From Macrostomum lignano (taxonomy: Eukaryota): a stretch of DNA of 64,000 nt. Below the pieces are notes generated by a model, which was given only the letters and a program-made list of their open reading frames with translations, was not told the DNA's origin and did no database searches. The first letter of the stretch is position 1, and each line of letters starts with the position of its first letter. The translations under genes and the position numbers were made by a program. The DNA is taken from NCBI GenBank assembly GCA_002269645.1, contig NIVC01000029.1, forward strand, positions 124,001 to 188,000. The letters run 5' to 3'. Shown piece by piece: positions 24,343 to 37,545 of this stretch.

Positions 24343-25605
24343 ATCCCACCGCTGCCACCAGTGTAATGCTGTGCCTTTTGCCTTGTGGATCCCACCAATG
24401 TAACCAATGTAATGGCCTTGTGGATCCCCGTCTCTTCGGTGATTACTGCTGTTGCCCACTACTTCCTCTGTCTGTCCTCGCTATCTAGCACGGCCGGTAG
24501 CTGGCCTGAGTGGTCTAGCACTATGGTCCGAATTAACCCCTCTTAGTCTCCACTGAGTACAGTTAGATAATAACCGAGTATTGGTAGTTGGGTTGCTGCC
24601 ACCTTGTAGGTCTACAGGTGATATCCTCGACAGGTTACCCCTAGGTAGGCCTACTGATAAGTAGAAAATAAATAAGACAACTCAAGTCAGTTAAACGTTT
24701 ATTAATGTGAATAACGGTCACAGGCCGATCCTAAATTATCGTTTAATAGCTCAACTGGTGTCGCAGTAACAAGTCCTAAACTCTATTAGGTGTCACTGAG
24801 GTTGCCCAACAGCGTAGGATGTAGGCCACGAGACCAGGTCCAGACGGTGTTGAAGGTCTGGCGAGCTGATGACACAAAGACCTGCGGCAGTCTTAATGAG
24901 CAAATGGCAGCTGCAACAAAGATTTGTTAGCAGGTTATCCCTAGGAAAAGCGTCTAGCGAATCTGCCTAAGCTAGTTCGTCTAGGAAAAGCATCTAGGAA
25001 TACTAGCCTTTGCTCGAAGCCAAGCAGGCGGTCTCCGAACCGGATCGAGATCGTCTCCTGAACGAGGATGGTCTCTTTGGGCCTTCACCTACTCTGTATT
25101 TATACTAAAATTCGGGGGTCTCAGGGCCAATGGGAAGCTCAGAGGCAGTTCCGTGGCAGATCCCATGGCAGTTCCGTGGACTACCCGGAGCCCGGAGCGA
25201 TCTTGGAGATGTCCATAGGACATCTGCCTCATCATGCAGCCTCCGCGTGGCCTGCTGGTACACTGCTTGCATGTTGCAGCATGCAAGGAGTGCAACCAAG
25301 ACCCACGAGATCCTACCCCGGGCGGAGAGCTATGCTCTCACTCCCGCTGACTAAATAGGCCTGTACTAAGGGAGAAATATCCCACTGACTAATGTTTCTA
25401 TTTTTAGCCCATTGCAGACTGCGCCAGGGGGAGAGGGGGAGAGAGTTTCTCTCCCTGTCCCGCGACAGCTGCACACCTGAGCCTGCACAAGGGAAGGGGA
25501 GGAAGGGACAGCCCTATGCCCAGCTCCCACTGCTGCAGCCCAAGCACTAACTGACTAAGAGGGGATCCCAGGAGCAGCCTATGCTAGCTACGCTGGATCA
25601 CCACA
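24343..25605 (-). mobile_element. LTR (TGT...ACA, ~24362-25605) followed by a tRNA-Leu-type PBS; internal region absent or truncated
   Basis: The minus strand starts TGTGGTGATCC at 25605 and ends ATTACA at 24362. TGGTGGCAGCGGTGGGAT (24360-24343) follows and is complementary to the 3' end of tRNA-Leu (ATCCCACCGCTGCCACCA). AATAAA on the minus strand near 24700. Confidence 0.7.
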
Positions 25606-25959
25606 ATATTTCTAGTGTCAATCTATTGTGGACGGATACAGTTTTAAACAATCTCTTAGCAGCAGTAAAATTCATTGAAGGAGAGGCATCTTAGCCTCTC
25701 CCGGTCGATTTGCAACCTATAGGGTTCAGATATTTGGCAGTTGAAAAGGTCGTTAAGAAGTATAAAGTTCGGCGAGGCGTAGCCAAAGCTAAGAGAACAC
25801 TAGACGCAAAAAAAACTTCACCGAAAGCTTAAAGAACGAAAAAGGAGGCTGTGGCATCGAATAATAGAAGGACTGGAGGAAAGTAATCCAATAGAGGTGA
25901 TAAAACAAAAGCGCTGCAGCTAAAAGAAAGCAGCAAGCCTCAGTCTCATTTCAGATCAG

Positions 25960-26180
25960 ACAATGGCGAGTCGTCGAGACGAGCAAGGCGGCTGACAGGC
26001 AAAGGCACCCAGGCGGAAAAAATTAATGTGCGCGATGCGTGCCTGGGCCGAACGGAGACCGCCAGCGGGGAGGAGCATCGGGCGCACCCGAAGTTTGCGA
26101 CCAACCCCGTGGAGCGGGGCAACCGAGCGGTGGACGTGCACCCCGATGCGTACGAATATATATCAAAAGATTATCTAGAC
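25960..26180 (+). mobile_element. Possible MULE-type transposase C-terminal remnant
   Basis: One frame reads ATNPVERGNRAVDVHPDAYEYIS, resembling the TNNxxExxN...HPxxYxxI pattern. Weak, judged by eye. Confidence 0.3.
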
Positions 26181-27237
26181 TAGACCCCCCCCCCAAATCG
26201 CTCGAACGCAACCAAAGACGTAAAAGACGTAGAACTGACGTGAAAAACCTACGAGATTCACTATCGATAGCTCCTATGTCCTATGTGTAAAATTTTTCTT
26301 GTAATATTTCTACCTTTCATAAGGTTTCAGGGAGGTCAAAGTTGATTTGGATTTCAAATAAACAATTCCTTAAAAACGTATTACTTTAAGTAGATATTTT
26401 TGGAATTAAAGTTCGAATACTGAGCACTGAATGCCTTATAAAAATGAACCTATCTCGTAACATCGATTCTCCTGAAAGATTTCATCATAGCCGTACCAGT
26501 ATTGAGAGATTGGATTGGTTTATTTAATATCTGATTAAAATTCAATCTGAAATATTGCTTATGTATTGCTTCTTTTCTTCGTCATTTATTTATGACTAAA
26601 TTGAGTGTCATGAGAACTACTCGTTTTAATGAGGTCAACCCGGATGAACAGTCTGGTTTTTATTTCAAACAAAAATATTTATTAGAGCCAAAAGCTTATA
26701 TCGATGGTAACTACAAAGTTCGCCTTTCCCAGTTGGTATAAACACGAACTAAAAAATGAATTTAAGGAATTTCTTAGCAATAAAATGCATTGGAAGTTTT
26801 TCCAATTAAATCTATTCCCGAACTCGTTGACCCTAAGTTTTAAAACTCTTTCTATAGGGTAAGCTGATTTTCTATAGATATTATCCTGAAATTCTATATC
26901 GAATTTCGTCGAGTCAGATGTTACCGTATCCAGTTTTACCGTAAAGAGCAAAGGAAGGAAAACACATTTTCAGAAAACTCAGCATGTAAAAGCCGTGTAC
27001 ATGAGAGATGAGGATGTTTAAAGCAGAATATCGAGTAGCCCTACAAACTCTTTACGCTTAAAAAACGATATGTATTCCCCTTCGAGTCTTTGCGTCTCAG
27101 AATTCTCCTTTGAACACCTGAATCTCAGCAAATCCTCTCATTAGCCTTGAAATCTTGGCAATTATTTCTTGACCAGCATCTTATAGCTTATTCTTTTTCC
27201 AGCGTTTGCAGCTCAGCACCTTCACGTTGATCAATAG

Positions 27238-27390
27238 CATCTCAGCATCTCTCCCTAGATCATTGGCATCTCAGCATCTCTCCCTTGATCATTGGCCTCT
27301 CAGCATCTCTCCCTTGATCATTGGCATCTCAGCATCTCTCCCTTGATCATTGGCATCTCAGCATCTCTCCCTTAATCATTGGCTTCTCAG
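27238..27390. repeat. 29-bp minisatellite, ~5 copies
   Basis: Unit CTCAGCATCTCTCCCTTGATCATTGGCAT. Confidence 0.92.
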
Positions 27391-29608
27391 CGTCAAAACT
27401 GGTAATTTAGATGAATCGAATTTTGAATTAATGAAATCAAAAAATTTATTAAGTAGCTGCTGCTTTTTTCTGTACTATTCAAACATAATGAAAATGAATG
27501 ATTGAGAGACATTCCTGTTTAAAGAAGTTTTTTATAAAGTTGTCTCTTTTGTAACTAACTTTTAGTCTAGCACTCTATTGTGTAAGGTCTCAACGAACTT
27601 TAATTCAGTTCATATACGGACCAAGGACATTTACGGAGAAAACGAAAAATACGGGTAGCTGCATTTAATGCTTAAATGCCATGCTTCGGAAGGTGGAATT
27701 TTCCGACACGTTTAACGACACGTGGAATTGGATGGGAAATATTTTTCTGAGGAAATTTCTCGAATGCGTGGGCCCTTATGCAATAGAATATTCCACTCCA
27801 ATCCTGTCGAGCCACCCCCCCCGGCTTTGACTGGAGGAAGGAGGGAATTTGGGGGCGGACGATTCACAAGCTCGATCAAAAGTTCAAATCGTCTTATTGC
27901 AGATTTCGAAAAATTGATTTAATTCAATCTTCAAAATTTAAAGTATGAAAATCAGTATAACTTTAAAAAGTCGATACGATGAAAACTATTTTCTGAAAAT
28001 TGAACTGGATTCAAATTGTCATCTAGCCTCTATTATCTTATTTTCTTTTTTTTTGCTATACATAATCAAGTAAGATAATGGTGAACTTTTGCCCTATATT
28101 ATCGTCTTTTGATTTTGAATAATTTTTTCTCGTAATATTTTGCGTTTTGCTTGCTTTGAAATTAGTGTCCTTGTTACTGCATCGCTGCAGAGTGGTTTCA
28201 GAGTGTTGCAGGTAACACTTCAGTCAGTCAGCAATGAGCAGCCATCATTTATTACAATATCCGAATTCAAAGAATAAGCTTTTGCAGCTCCTTAAGGACT
28301 GTACGAGCATACAACATGCTGGTCTGCCTATTGACTTCCTTTCCCGGAGATTTATTAAATAATTCTCATCAAATCACGATTTCGATCGGCTCAATTTAAT
28401 TTCAATATTGAGATAAAAAGAAGTGGGAAAGAATTAAGAGTAATATCCGCCCTGCCCTTGAACTGGATGCTAGAATGATTTTTTTATACATGATAATTAG
28501 CTAAATGGAAAATTACCAATCTCTTTTAATTTCAAATAGTTTGTTAATTTTAGCAGAAGTGAATCAAACTGACAAGACATCAAGGAAATTCCCCAGTTTC
28601 AATTAGCAAGTCTGTATTTTTGCATCCCCGCAAGTAACACTCAAGAGTCAAGACGCTATGTACGGCAAAAGTACATTAAAACTCGACTTCTTAGATTCCT
28701 CCTTCCTGCAATTAGGACCCAAAGGGCGCGGTTCTAAAACTATTGATGCATTGTGATTAAAGGAAGTTCATGACTTAAAGGACCTCTGATCGAGCGAGTA
28801 ATTACTCATGAACACCTTCGCAAGACTGAGTTAGTTTTGCAGCTCTAGTATTAATAAATATATGGATCCGTTGGTATTAAGTCACTCGGGGCGTCTGTTT
28901 CAAAAATAATGATTGCAAATTTTAACTTAACGAGCAAACGCTCATATATGAACTCTTTTGATCAGGTGATGTGCAGCCATCATGCTTTCTATTTTGATTG
29001 AATCACGGAAAGTTATAGTTTTCCTGAGATTTTTGCATTTCTTAATCGAAATTCTTCAGTCTATTATTCGACAAGGTGAATGATGAGTTGGCTATTGAGC
29101 TGGGAAATCATCGGCAGATAGGGAGAAATCAGTGATTGGTTCTGCTGCAAAAGGTTGCATGGCCATAGCAAAGCACCCAAGTGCTAATGCAGCTCTGCTA
29201 TAGGCTGCAGATATGCGCACTCATCATCTTATTTAAGAAGTCCTCCGTGAACTCAGACATGGTTAGATTTTGTTATCTCAAAATTACATCAATAGATACG
29301 ACTTTCATTATTCAGTTTCATCTGGACAATTTCAGTGTAAGCTCATTCATTTTGGGGGTTTTGTACAAAAAATCGGTCGGGAGATTGTCGTGCGAGTCAT
29401 ACCCATGAAATGTGGGCCAACCTCCAAGGCACAGGGACTGTGAATGGGCAGAATTGCCATCAGAGGTTGGTTGTAAGACTATAGATGTGCCCAAAATCCT
29501 CCTGCAATTGCTATAGTAACACTCTGTTTGATTCCATCATTGTAACTTACGGATGAGAAGAATACACGAGTCGTATTTACAAAGACTCAAGCTGCATATC
29601 TAGGCATT

Positions 29609-32600
29609 ATGATCATGTCGTCGATTTTCAGCATGAAAGCCATGCAAGCGTTGAACATGAACAAGACATCGTGCTTCCGCATTCTCGGGACACCGGATTT
29701 GCGAGTCGGTGAAGATGGCATGGACCCCACACGGCTGCTGCGGCTCTACCAGTGTCTAAACCACACGGCTGAAGCCAATGAAATTCGCAGTCTAATGGCA
29801 GAGACGGCCGGAGATCTACTCAGAGAGTTGCACAGTCTCCGACCTCTACTGGTGGTGCTCGGGTGCTTAGTTATTTTTGGCGCTCTTGGCAACGCTCTGC
29901 TGCTTCTGGTCGCTTTTCTGCGTCGAAGACGTCTGAAAAGCGAACTTCGTCAGTCACCTTTCACTGCTCTGAGCGCGACAGACTGGCTCGTGACTAATTT
30001 GGCCGCATCCGATTTTCTGCTGTGCGTTCTTACGCAGCCTTGTAATATTCGTCGACTTTTTTTTCCGCATCACAGCTGGACATCTGGCCTGGTTTTATGC
30101 AAAGTCGTTAACGCTTTGCCCGGAGTGAATTTGTTCGTGTCAACCTTCACGATTACAGCTATTGCTATCGACAGGTGCCGGGTAAGTGCAATTGATAAGT
30201 ATGCTAATTAGGACGCGATGACGCACAGTGTGTCGCAACGTGATGTTGAGTAACACTACAAGGGGATGAAAAGATTCGAGGAATCGAAAACCAAAAGTTT
30301 ATTGAAAGCTATTAGCTATGCACGAATGATAACGAGCGTAGCTGACTGGCAGCACAAATTATTGACCCAGACTACATCGAGTTCCTAAACTATTCGATTA
30401 AATCCCTACTTTTGCGGCACTTTGTACAGTAGCGTATAGCTTGAATAGAAGTGTTCTCTGAAAGCTATTCACGATCATAACTTGGATTTCGATGCAGTAC
30501 ATGCATTGAAAACTCACGTTTTTATTCGGGTATAAATTTAATACTGAATCAAAGTAGCAGAGGAACTATTTATTGTGAAAATCTGGCTCTTAATCTGCAT
30601 GGTTCTGGCAAACTAACTAAAGAAGCGCATTAATCCCGGGCCCGGACATCCCGTGGGACGACTTTGTCATGATCGCAGCTCTTTTAATAATCAATGATAA
30701 TATTCATAATTCATTTTGTAGCTTTCTAGTCCAGATTAGTTGGAATAATTTTGAACGGTTCAAATACGGTGTTAACACGATCAAGGTGTTGCGGCGTTAT
30801 CGATGACGTCATCAGGGGCTGTGCGTCATCGATTCGCTCTTATACTGCCTTCGATTTACTATTCTGTAAGTGCATAACTAATTTTTACATGGGTGTGCAC
30901 GAAATTGGACTAAACAGATGGCGTACGCTCCTTTGAATTACTACCGGTGCTACAGGTAAAACCGTGGAAAATCTAGAAAGAATAGAGCTATGTGTCTGGG
31001 CCATTTCTCCCAAAACTCGGCAGTGTCAAAGCCACTAGAAAACATGCCATTTAGAATGAATCCCATTTTCATCAAAATAAGCTTCTGCTATGAATCTGCT
31101 ATCTACTTTGCTAGATTGATGAAATTTGAGTAAGGAAATCCGATGACACGGCTATGCAATGCGATCGAAATTTCGCTAAAAATACCTCAGCTCAGCTAAC
31201 AGTTACATGTAATGGCAGCTGTGTGCATAGCAGCGCGATCTTCTTCTCTTGACAGATTTTGGCTGAATCGTGTTACAATGCAGTCTTATCGAGTGTCTTG
31301 AAAGTACTGCTAAACTGCAAAGCGACTAATTCTACATGTAATTGTCTCGCGATGCACTACATTTTTCAGGCGGTGCTTCGGCCCGTATCAGCCTTCGGCC
31401 CGGCCGCTCGCGGCAGTCGCATTGCCATCGCGGCAATCTGGCTGGCCGCTCTGACAGCCGCCAGTCCCGCACTGCTATTTGGCGAACTCACCAGGGACCT
31501 GTTGCGGCTTGACCAGGGCGCTAGTACATCTGGCCTAGCCTGCGGTGAAGCAACCTCTGGGAGTCTGATTCGCGAGCTCAAAGTGGCCTACAGCGGTGCC
31601 TGTCTGTGCGTTCAGTACGCTCTGCCGCTGGCGGCTCTGCTGTTCACCGCCGCTCTGGTTCGCGCCCGTCTGGCCCGCCGTCTGGCCGTGCTCGGGCCTC
31701 TGAGGCGGCGCCACGAGAAACGGCGACAGAGGCGAGCGAATGCTTTGCTAGCGGGCGTAGCGACGCTGTTCGGGTTGGCTTGGCTGCCGCTGTCCATATT
31801 TAATCTGACGCAGGACGTGCGGCTCTGGCGACTGAACGAAGGCAAACAGGTTTGTTACTGCTAGCTGGATTTTTGTTAGCTTGGATTGAAATATTAGTCT
31901 GATATCAAGGTGTCTGAAGTTGCATTTTTGTTGGTGTTGCTGTTGTTATTATTGACTGCCCAGCTGGGTCACCTGGTCATTGGACCTACGGGAACAGTCT
32001 GGCTGCAACATGGCACAGCCACCTGTAATTGTTCGTCCCGCCACCGAACAGGAGCCCTACACCGTCACGTCAATACGCGAGTGGGTCGCTCCCAGCTGAT
32101 CCGTAATTCCACTGCAGCATTCGTGTCCGTAGCCGGTGAGCAGTCCCGATGGGGTCTAACACCAGTGTCTGAAGCTGCTCTGAGGCTTGCTGGATGGCGG
32201 GCTGCAGTTGCAATGTCCATCAATGCGCCATCTTGCGTCGGATTCAACTATAGCTTTGCGAATCTTAAAAGATGTTCTCAAAGTCGCATTTAATAAAGAT
32301 TTAGAATATTTAGTTTTATAGAAAACAAGAGATGATGGGCGCATGCAACTGCCCGCTACCGATCGCTGGCTTATTAGGCGAATTGCTGAGATGTCTAGTC
32401 TCATGGGGGGGGGGGAGGTTGCTCGGGTGCTTTGAACCGAAGCTCATAGGTATGCTGATATCTTAGGTTAGATAGTTGACTTCCAGGGCGAATGCTTTTT
32501 GGTTTAAGCATAATTTTCCTTGAAAAATTAAAATAGCGACTGTACAAGGTCAAAGCCTTGGTGTAAGTATATTCAAAATTTTCATACCAAAACTTCACAT

Positions 32601-32947
32601 AAGCTTGAAATGTCACAGGTAGTTAACTAATAAATCAACTCCGTTAATAACCCCGGTCGCAGGTGTCCGACCCTCTGCTGGCAAACGATCCCCAGTCGGA
32701 TGCATCGGACGAGTCCCTTCTGTCAACGACGGCAGCCCAGGGTCTCTGCCTGCTGTCAGTGCACGTTGCCGCCTGCGCTCACCCGCTGCTGTACGGCCTG
32801 CTGAATGAGAATTTCCGACGCGAGCTGTGTTGCCTGTTCGGCCGATGTCGCAATCGATTGGCTGGCAACGGTGGAACAGCGAACACCGGCGCCGCTCCAA
32901 AGCAAACAGCCGTTCCGGAGCCGGAGCCTGTCGTGACGCTGGAATGA
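29609..32947 (+). CDS. Class A (rhodopsin-like) neuropeptide GPCR, NPY/NPF-receptor-like; exons 29609-30181, 31370-31849, 32663-32947
   Basis: TM1 LGNALL; TM2 NLAASD; TM3 CK...FVSTFTITAIAIDRC; TM4 IW; TM6 AWLP; TM7 HPLLYGLLNENFRREL. All introns are phase 0 GT-AG. Confidence 0.9.
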
Positions 32948-33044
32948 ACTGTGAAACTGAAGTATGGGATCTACGAGAATTCTCCTCTCTCACTTTCTTT
33001 GAGACTTTTCCTCACTGATGATTTGCAAGATGGGACGGGCGACA

Positions 33045-33378
33045 GCTACAGAGGGGTCATCAGCTTAGCTACAGAGGGGGCATCAGCTTAGCTACAGAGG
33101 GGGCATCAGCTTAGCTACAGAGGGGTCATCAGCTTAGCTACAGAGGGGGCATCAGCTTAGCTACAGAGGGGTCATCAGCTTAGCTACAGAGGGGCATCAG
33201 CTTAGCTACAGAGGTGCATCAGCTTAGCTACAGAGGGGCATCAGCTTAGCTACAGAGGGGTCATCAGCTTAGCTACAGAGGGGGCATCAGCTTAGCTACA
33301 GAGGTGCATCAGCTTAGCTACAGAGGGGTCATCAGCTTAGCTACAGAGGGGGCATCAGCTTAGCTACAGAGGGCATCA
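33045..33378. repeat. ~23-bp minisatellite, ~14 copies
   Basis: Unit CATCAGCTTAGCTACAGAGGGG(G/T). Confidence 0.95.
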
Positions 33379-34191
33379 GGCAGCTAATAAAGGTGCACCA
33401 GACAGCCACAGAAATAATATGCATGCGGGAACAGCTCCCGCAAAGGTTATTCATTGGTTAATAGTGAGGCTGACACAATAGTGAGGCTGTAACTGACACA
33501 TTAATAAACGTTGCTCTGACGTCTGTGTCCAAAGCCGTTAAAAAAACACTTTTCTTCAAATTCTTTTGGTTTTTGTTTATGTCTTATAGCTTTGTCAGTT
33601 TTAAAGTACACAATATTCTCGCTTTATCTACTACAAGTGATAAATAAGACTTTTTACTGACGAAAAAATCTCTCTCTCGATTAGAAAATAAATATACGTA
33701 ATTGTTTAAAAATTAGCTGGAGTAAGTTATGTCATTTTAACAAAAAATTGGGTACGTCTTCGCTTTAAATATTTAAATCGCTATTAAAGGATTTAACGGT
33801 TGATTAACTTTAGCAAATAACCAAAAACCATTGATTTTCTATTTTATTGCTCGAAATGATTTTCATCAGTTGACAAACATTTTCCATAGCCACACTGGGA
33901 AAAGGAGGAGACTGTATACAGAAAATGGGCTGGTGGCACGGTTAGGAACGTATAATTTGTCGCAACTCAAATCGCATTGTCTATGGCAGAACCCCATTCA
34001 GCGCTATGCGATATAGCGACCCCATACTAAAATGCACTGGCTATACCTATACGACAAACACACGTTCCTTACCGGCTTCCGACCTATTTCTAAGAAAATC
34101 AAGCGTAGCTCCCTTCTACAATTCAGTTGTCCACGTTGAGAATTGTCACATCGAGCCAATGCGCCAAATCATCGACCGATGGAATTGTACG

Positions 34192-34467
34192 TCAGTTTTC
34201 GTTCAGCCAGTCGTAGTTGCTGCTCAGGCCAATCACTGGACGCTGACCAGGTCGGCGTTTCAGCATGAAAAAGAACGGCACGGGCGCCTCGGACTGCTGC
34301 CGGAGTCGCCTCTGCTGCTCCATCCGGTTGAGCAGCTCGATGTCGCTGCTCAGCTCGCTTAAACTTGCAAGCGTTTTTGGCAGGGGTGCTGCACTGGCCA
34401 ACGGCAGCAGGAGCGTTAGCAGAATCCCGGATGCTAGCAGGAGTGCCGCCATGGTAACTGCTGGCAT
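34192..34467 (-). CDS. Small secreted protein, probable neuropeptide prohormone (~91 aa)
   Basis: Signal-peptide-like MAALLLASGILLTLLLPLASA-AP; dibasic KR(R) site; short C-terminal peptide RPGQRPVIGLSSNYDWLNEN. Forms a GC-rich island in AT-rich flanks. Confidence 0.65.
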   Translation of the reverse strand: MPAVTMAALLLASGILLTLLLPLASAAPLPKTLASLSELSSDIELLNRMEQQRRLRQQSEAPVPFFFMLKRRPGQRPVIGLSSNYDWLNEN

Positions 34468-35384
34468 GACGATTAAATGCAAAGAGCGACAAAATTTTAT
34501 CGAAACAATTCAAAACTCGTGTATACTACTAAACTGAACTAAGTAGCTTAATAAGGAATCACATGAAGGTAGCGGTCTAAAATTTTTATGAATGCCTGAT
34601 CGATATGATTTTCTTTCAATAATCTAAGAAATAAGCCATTGCTTACAAAGTAGAGTTGTTTGTGTGCGCTAAGACAATTTAAGTCTGAGGAAGTTAATTG
34701 GATGCCAATTAAGTCTCGTGACAATAATATAGTATGCCTCATTTTTATGTCTACCGGCTTTTTAAAAAAACAAAGGTCTACAGTAAACAATGCCTTACCT
34801 TATTAAAACAATAAATATTAAACTCGCGAGGTGCAGGAGCCAAGGAAATAAAGAACCGCGTGAAATCCTTCTGGGTAGCGAATTTCTCTCGCTATGTTTT
34901 TTATCCCCAAGCCATGCTTTTTCATGCCGCCATGCATGATCTTCTTTCAGCAGCGCGCCTCCAAGCCCTGCCTCCATTGGACTGCGGGGCATTGCTGCTC
35001 TGGATGGGGGAGGTTTCTCGGAGGATTTTTGGGAGACACGAATGCAGAGACGGCTGCATGAAAGGTGGCTCTCTGTACACCGAAATGTGCTTTCGATTTA
35101 GAATTCATGCGTTTTTGGAGAGTCGAGAGGGCGGCTCTCCAGTGCATTTGGGTTGTGACTGGCATCGAATGGATTTATTGGTTTGCTAAGGATTTTAATG
35201 GAAGAATAATTGGCTTATAAATATTTCTGTGACTGATGGATGCGAAACAGAAAAAACTGATTCTAAATCTTGTTGCATCTCTCAAGTACATTCAGGAAGA
35301 AAAGCTGCAAATCTAGTTAATCAGTCTGCTGTAGATTTCAGGGGTATAGAGAGATTGTCAGATAGAGTTGAACTTTTTGGTTCA

Positions 35385-35810
<426 letters not shown>

Positions 35811-36920
35811 GAAATATAGGATATAGATGAAATATAGATGAAAACGCTGTGATGAAGAAAGCGTTTTCTCGGCGGGATAATTAAATTAATTTTTCGCGCT
35901 TGCAGAGCACACAGGCGAAATTATGCAAGCAGCCACCCATTCGTTTTCGAGAGCAGCACTCGATCAAACCATGAGAATGCCACCTTTAATAAGCCAGCTC
36001 GAATCTTATCGCAGCTGTCCTTTGTGCTCAGTTTTTAATAATTTTGTTGACAGTATAAAATTGAAAATAGGATTTTACTAATTTAAAAAATGCATCGACA
36101 TGACTGGAATTACATTAATTTTAAAGCTAGCTAATATGTATGTAGTTTTGCCAAAGCAGCTTGTCTCTGACATTATGGCGATCATGTACCGCGATACTAA
36201 AGCTGCTGTTTCAACACCGCACTATCGGACTCTTTGAGACAGTCACTGGGGTGCTCCTATAGATCAGGAAATGACACGAACTGGACAGATGTTCTAGTCG
36301 AAGAAGTTATATAAAATATTCAGTTTCAGTTCGATATACATGTACTGGAAATACATGACCCGAAATGGTGTAGGTATACGAGTATAAAGTTAAAAAAAGG
36401 AAACTAAAAACAATATTAAAATTATTACATTTTTATATTAAACAATCATACGACTATATATTTTTTGTTTTATTAAAACACAATACACCATTCACACAAT
36501 GCACGAGTATATTTACAGATAAAATAAAAAATGAAAATAAATTAAACTTACAAATAAAAATATTGAAGTTCAGTAAAAAAACAACAAACAATAATAGAGC
36601 ATAAAACTAGAGCAAAATAATACAAGCAAAAAATTTACAATGAGCATAAAAATATAGATAAAATAAAGAAAAAAGTGAAATTTGAAAAAAATAAACACAT
36701 TCATTTGTTAATGGAAAATAAACACAACAAACACAACACGCTATAGAAAATTGAGCATACATGCAAAAAATACAAATTTTCAGTTTAAACGATATGATGT
36801 AATAAAGATATAAAGAATGTAGGATTATAGAATTCACTAATTCTAATATAGATAGCTACAGGATTATAAAAATGTTAATAATGTTCTTTAAATGTATATG
36901 CACTGACGGCAATAAAGGCT

Positions 36921-37545
36921 TCATAAAAATTTTTTCGAGACGTTCCTGCTTTTTTGGAAGATTCGCAGCCGAGATTGCCTGCTTATAAGGGCTATCTTAA
37001 ATGACTTGCTGTCGCCCCTGATCGTCGCTTGAGCGTCGAACTGCCGCCAGTTGAAAATTCAGTCCCGCGTTGGCGGCTTGCCAAAAAATTGCATGTGCAG
37101 GCCACCTCGGCGAGATTTTTCTCCTCTAGGTGGCAGGCAGACCATGGCTGGCCACCAACTTTCTTTGCCGTTTGGCCAGTAAGCACAAATGAAATCGCCC
37201 TGCTCGTACTTTCTGGTCGGATTCTCGCCGCCACCGCCAGAGGCTGCGGCATCGCTCAGCGGACGGCGGCTGCTGGTCTTGGCCGGTGCCTCGCTGCCAG
37301 AGGCTGCGGCATCGCTCAGCGGACGGCGGCTGCTGGTCTTGGCCGGTGCCTCGCTGCCAGAGGCTGCGGCGTCGCTCAGCGGACCGGCGGCTGCTGGTCT
37401 TGGCCGGTGCCTCGTTGCCAGAGGCTGCGGCGTCGCTCAGCGGACGGCGGCTGCTGGTCTTGGCCGGTGCCTCGCTGCCAGAGGCTGCGGCATGGCTCAG
37501 CGGATGGTGGCGGCTGGCCTCAGCCGGTTTCGCGCCTGTGGCAAC
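36921..37545 (-). pseudogene. Exon with 20-aa repeats followed by a PWWP domain, disrupted by a frameshift (~37385) and a TGA (37061-37059)
   Basis: A frame absent from the ORF track reads YEQGDFICAYWPNGKESWWPAMVCLPPRGEKSRRGGLHMQFFGKPPTRD*IF; the stop sits where PWWP domains have a conserved Trp. Acceptor AG at 37547-37546. Confidence 0.7.
37236..37510. repeat. 60-bp GC-rich tandem repeat, ~4.5 copies (SEAPAKTSSRRPLSDAAASG on the minus strand)
   Basis: Unit GCCAGAGGCTGCGGCATCGCTCAGCGGACGGCGGCTGCTGGTCTTGGCCGGTGCCTCGCT. Confidence 0.93.

Noticed and set aside
34860-35189. Cys/Trp pattern resembling a Helitron zinc ribbon
   Set aside because: Cys spacing does not match, and there are no Rep/helicase motifs or Helitron termini.
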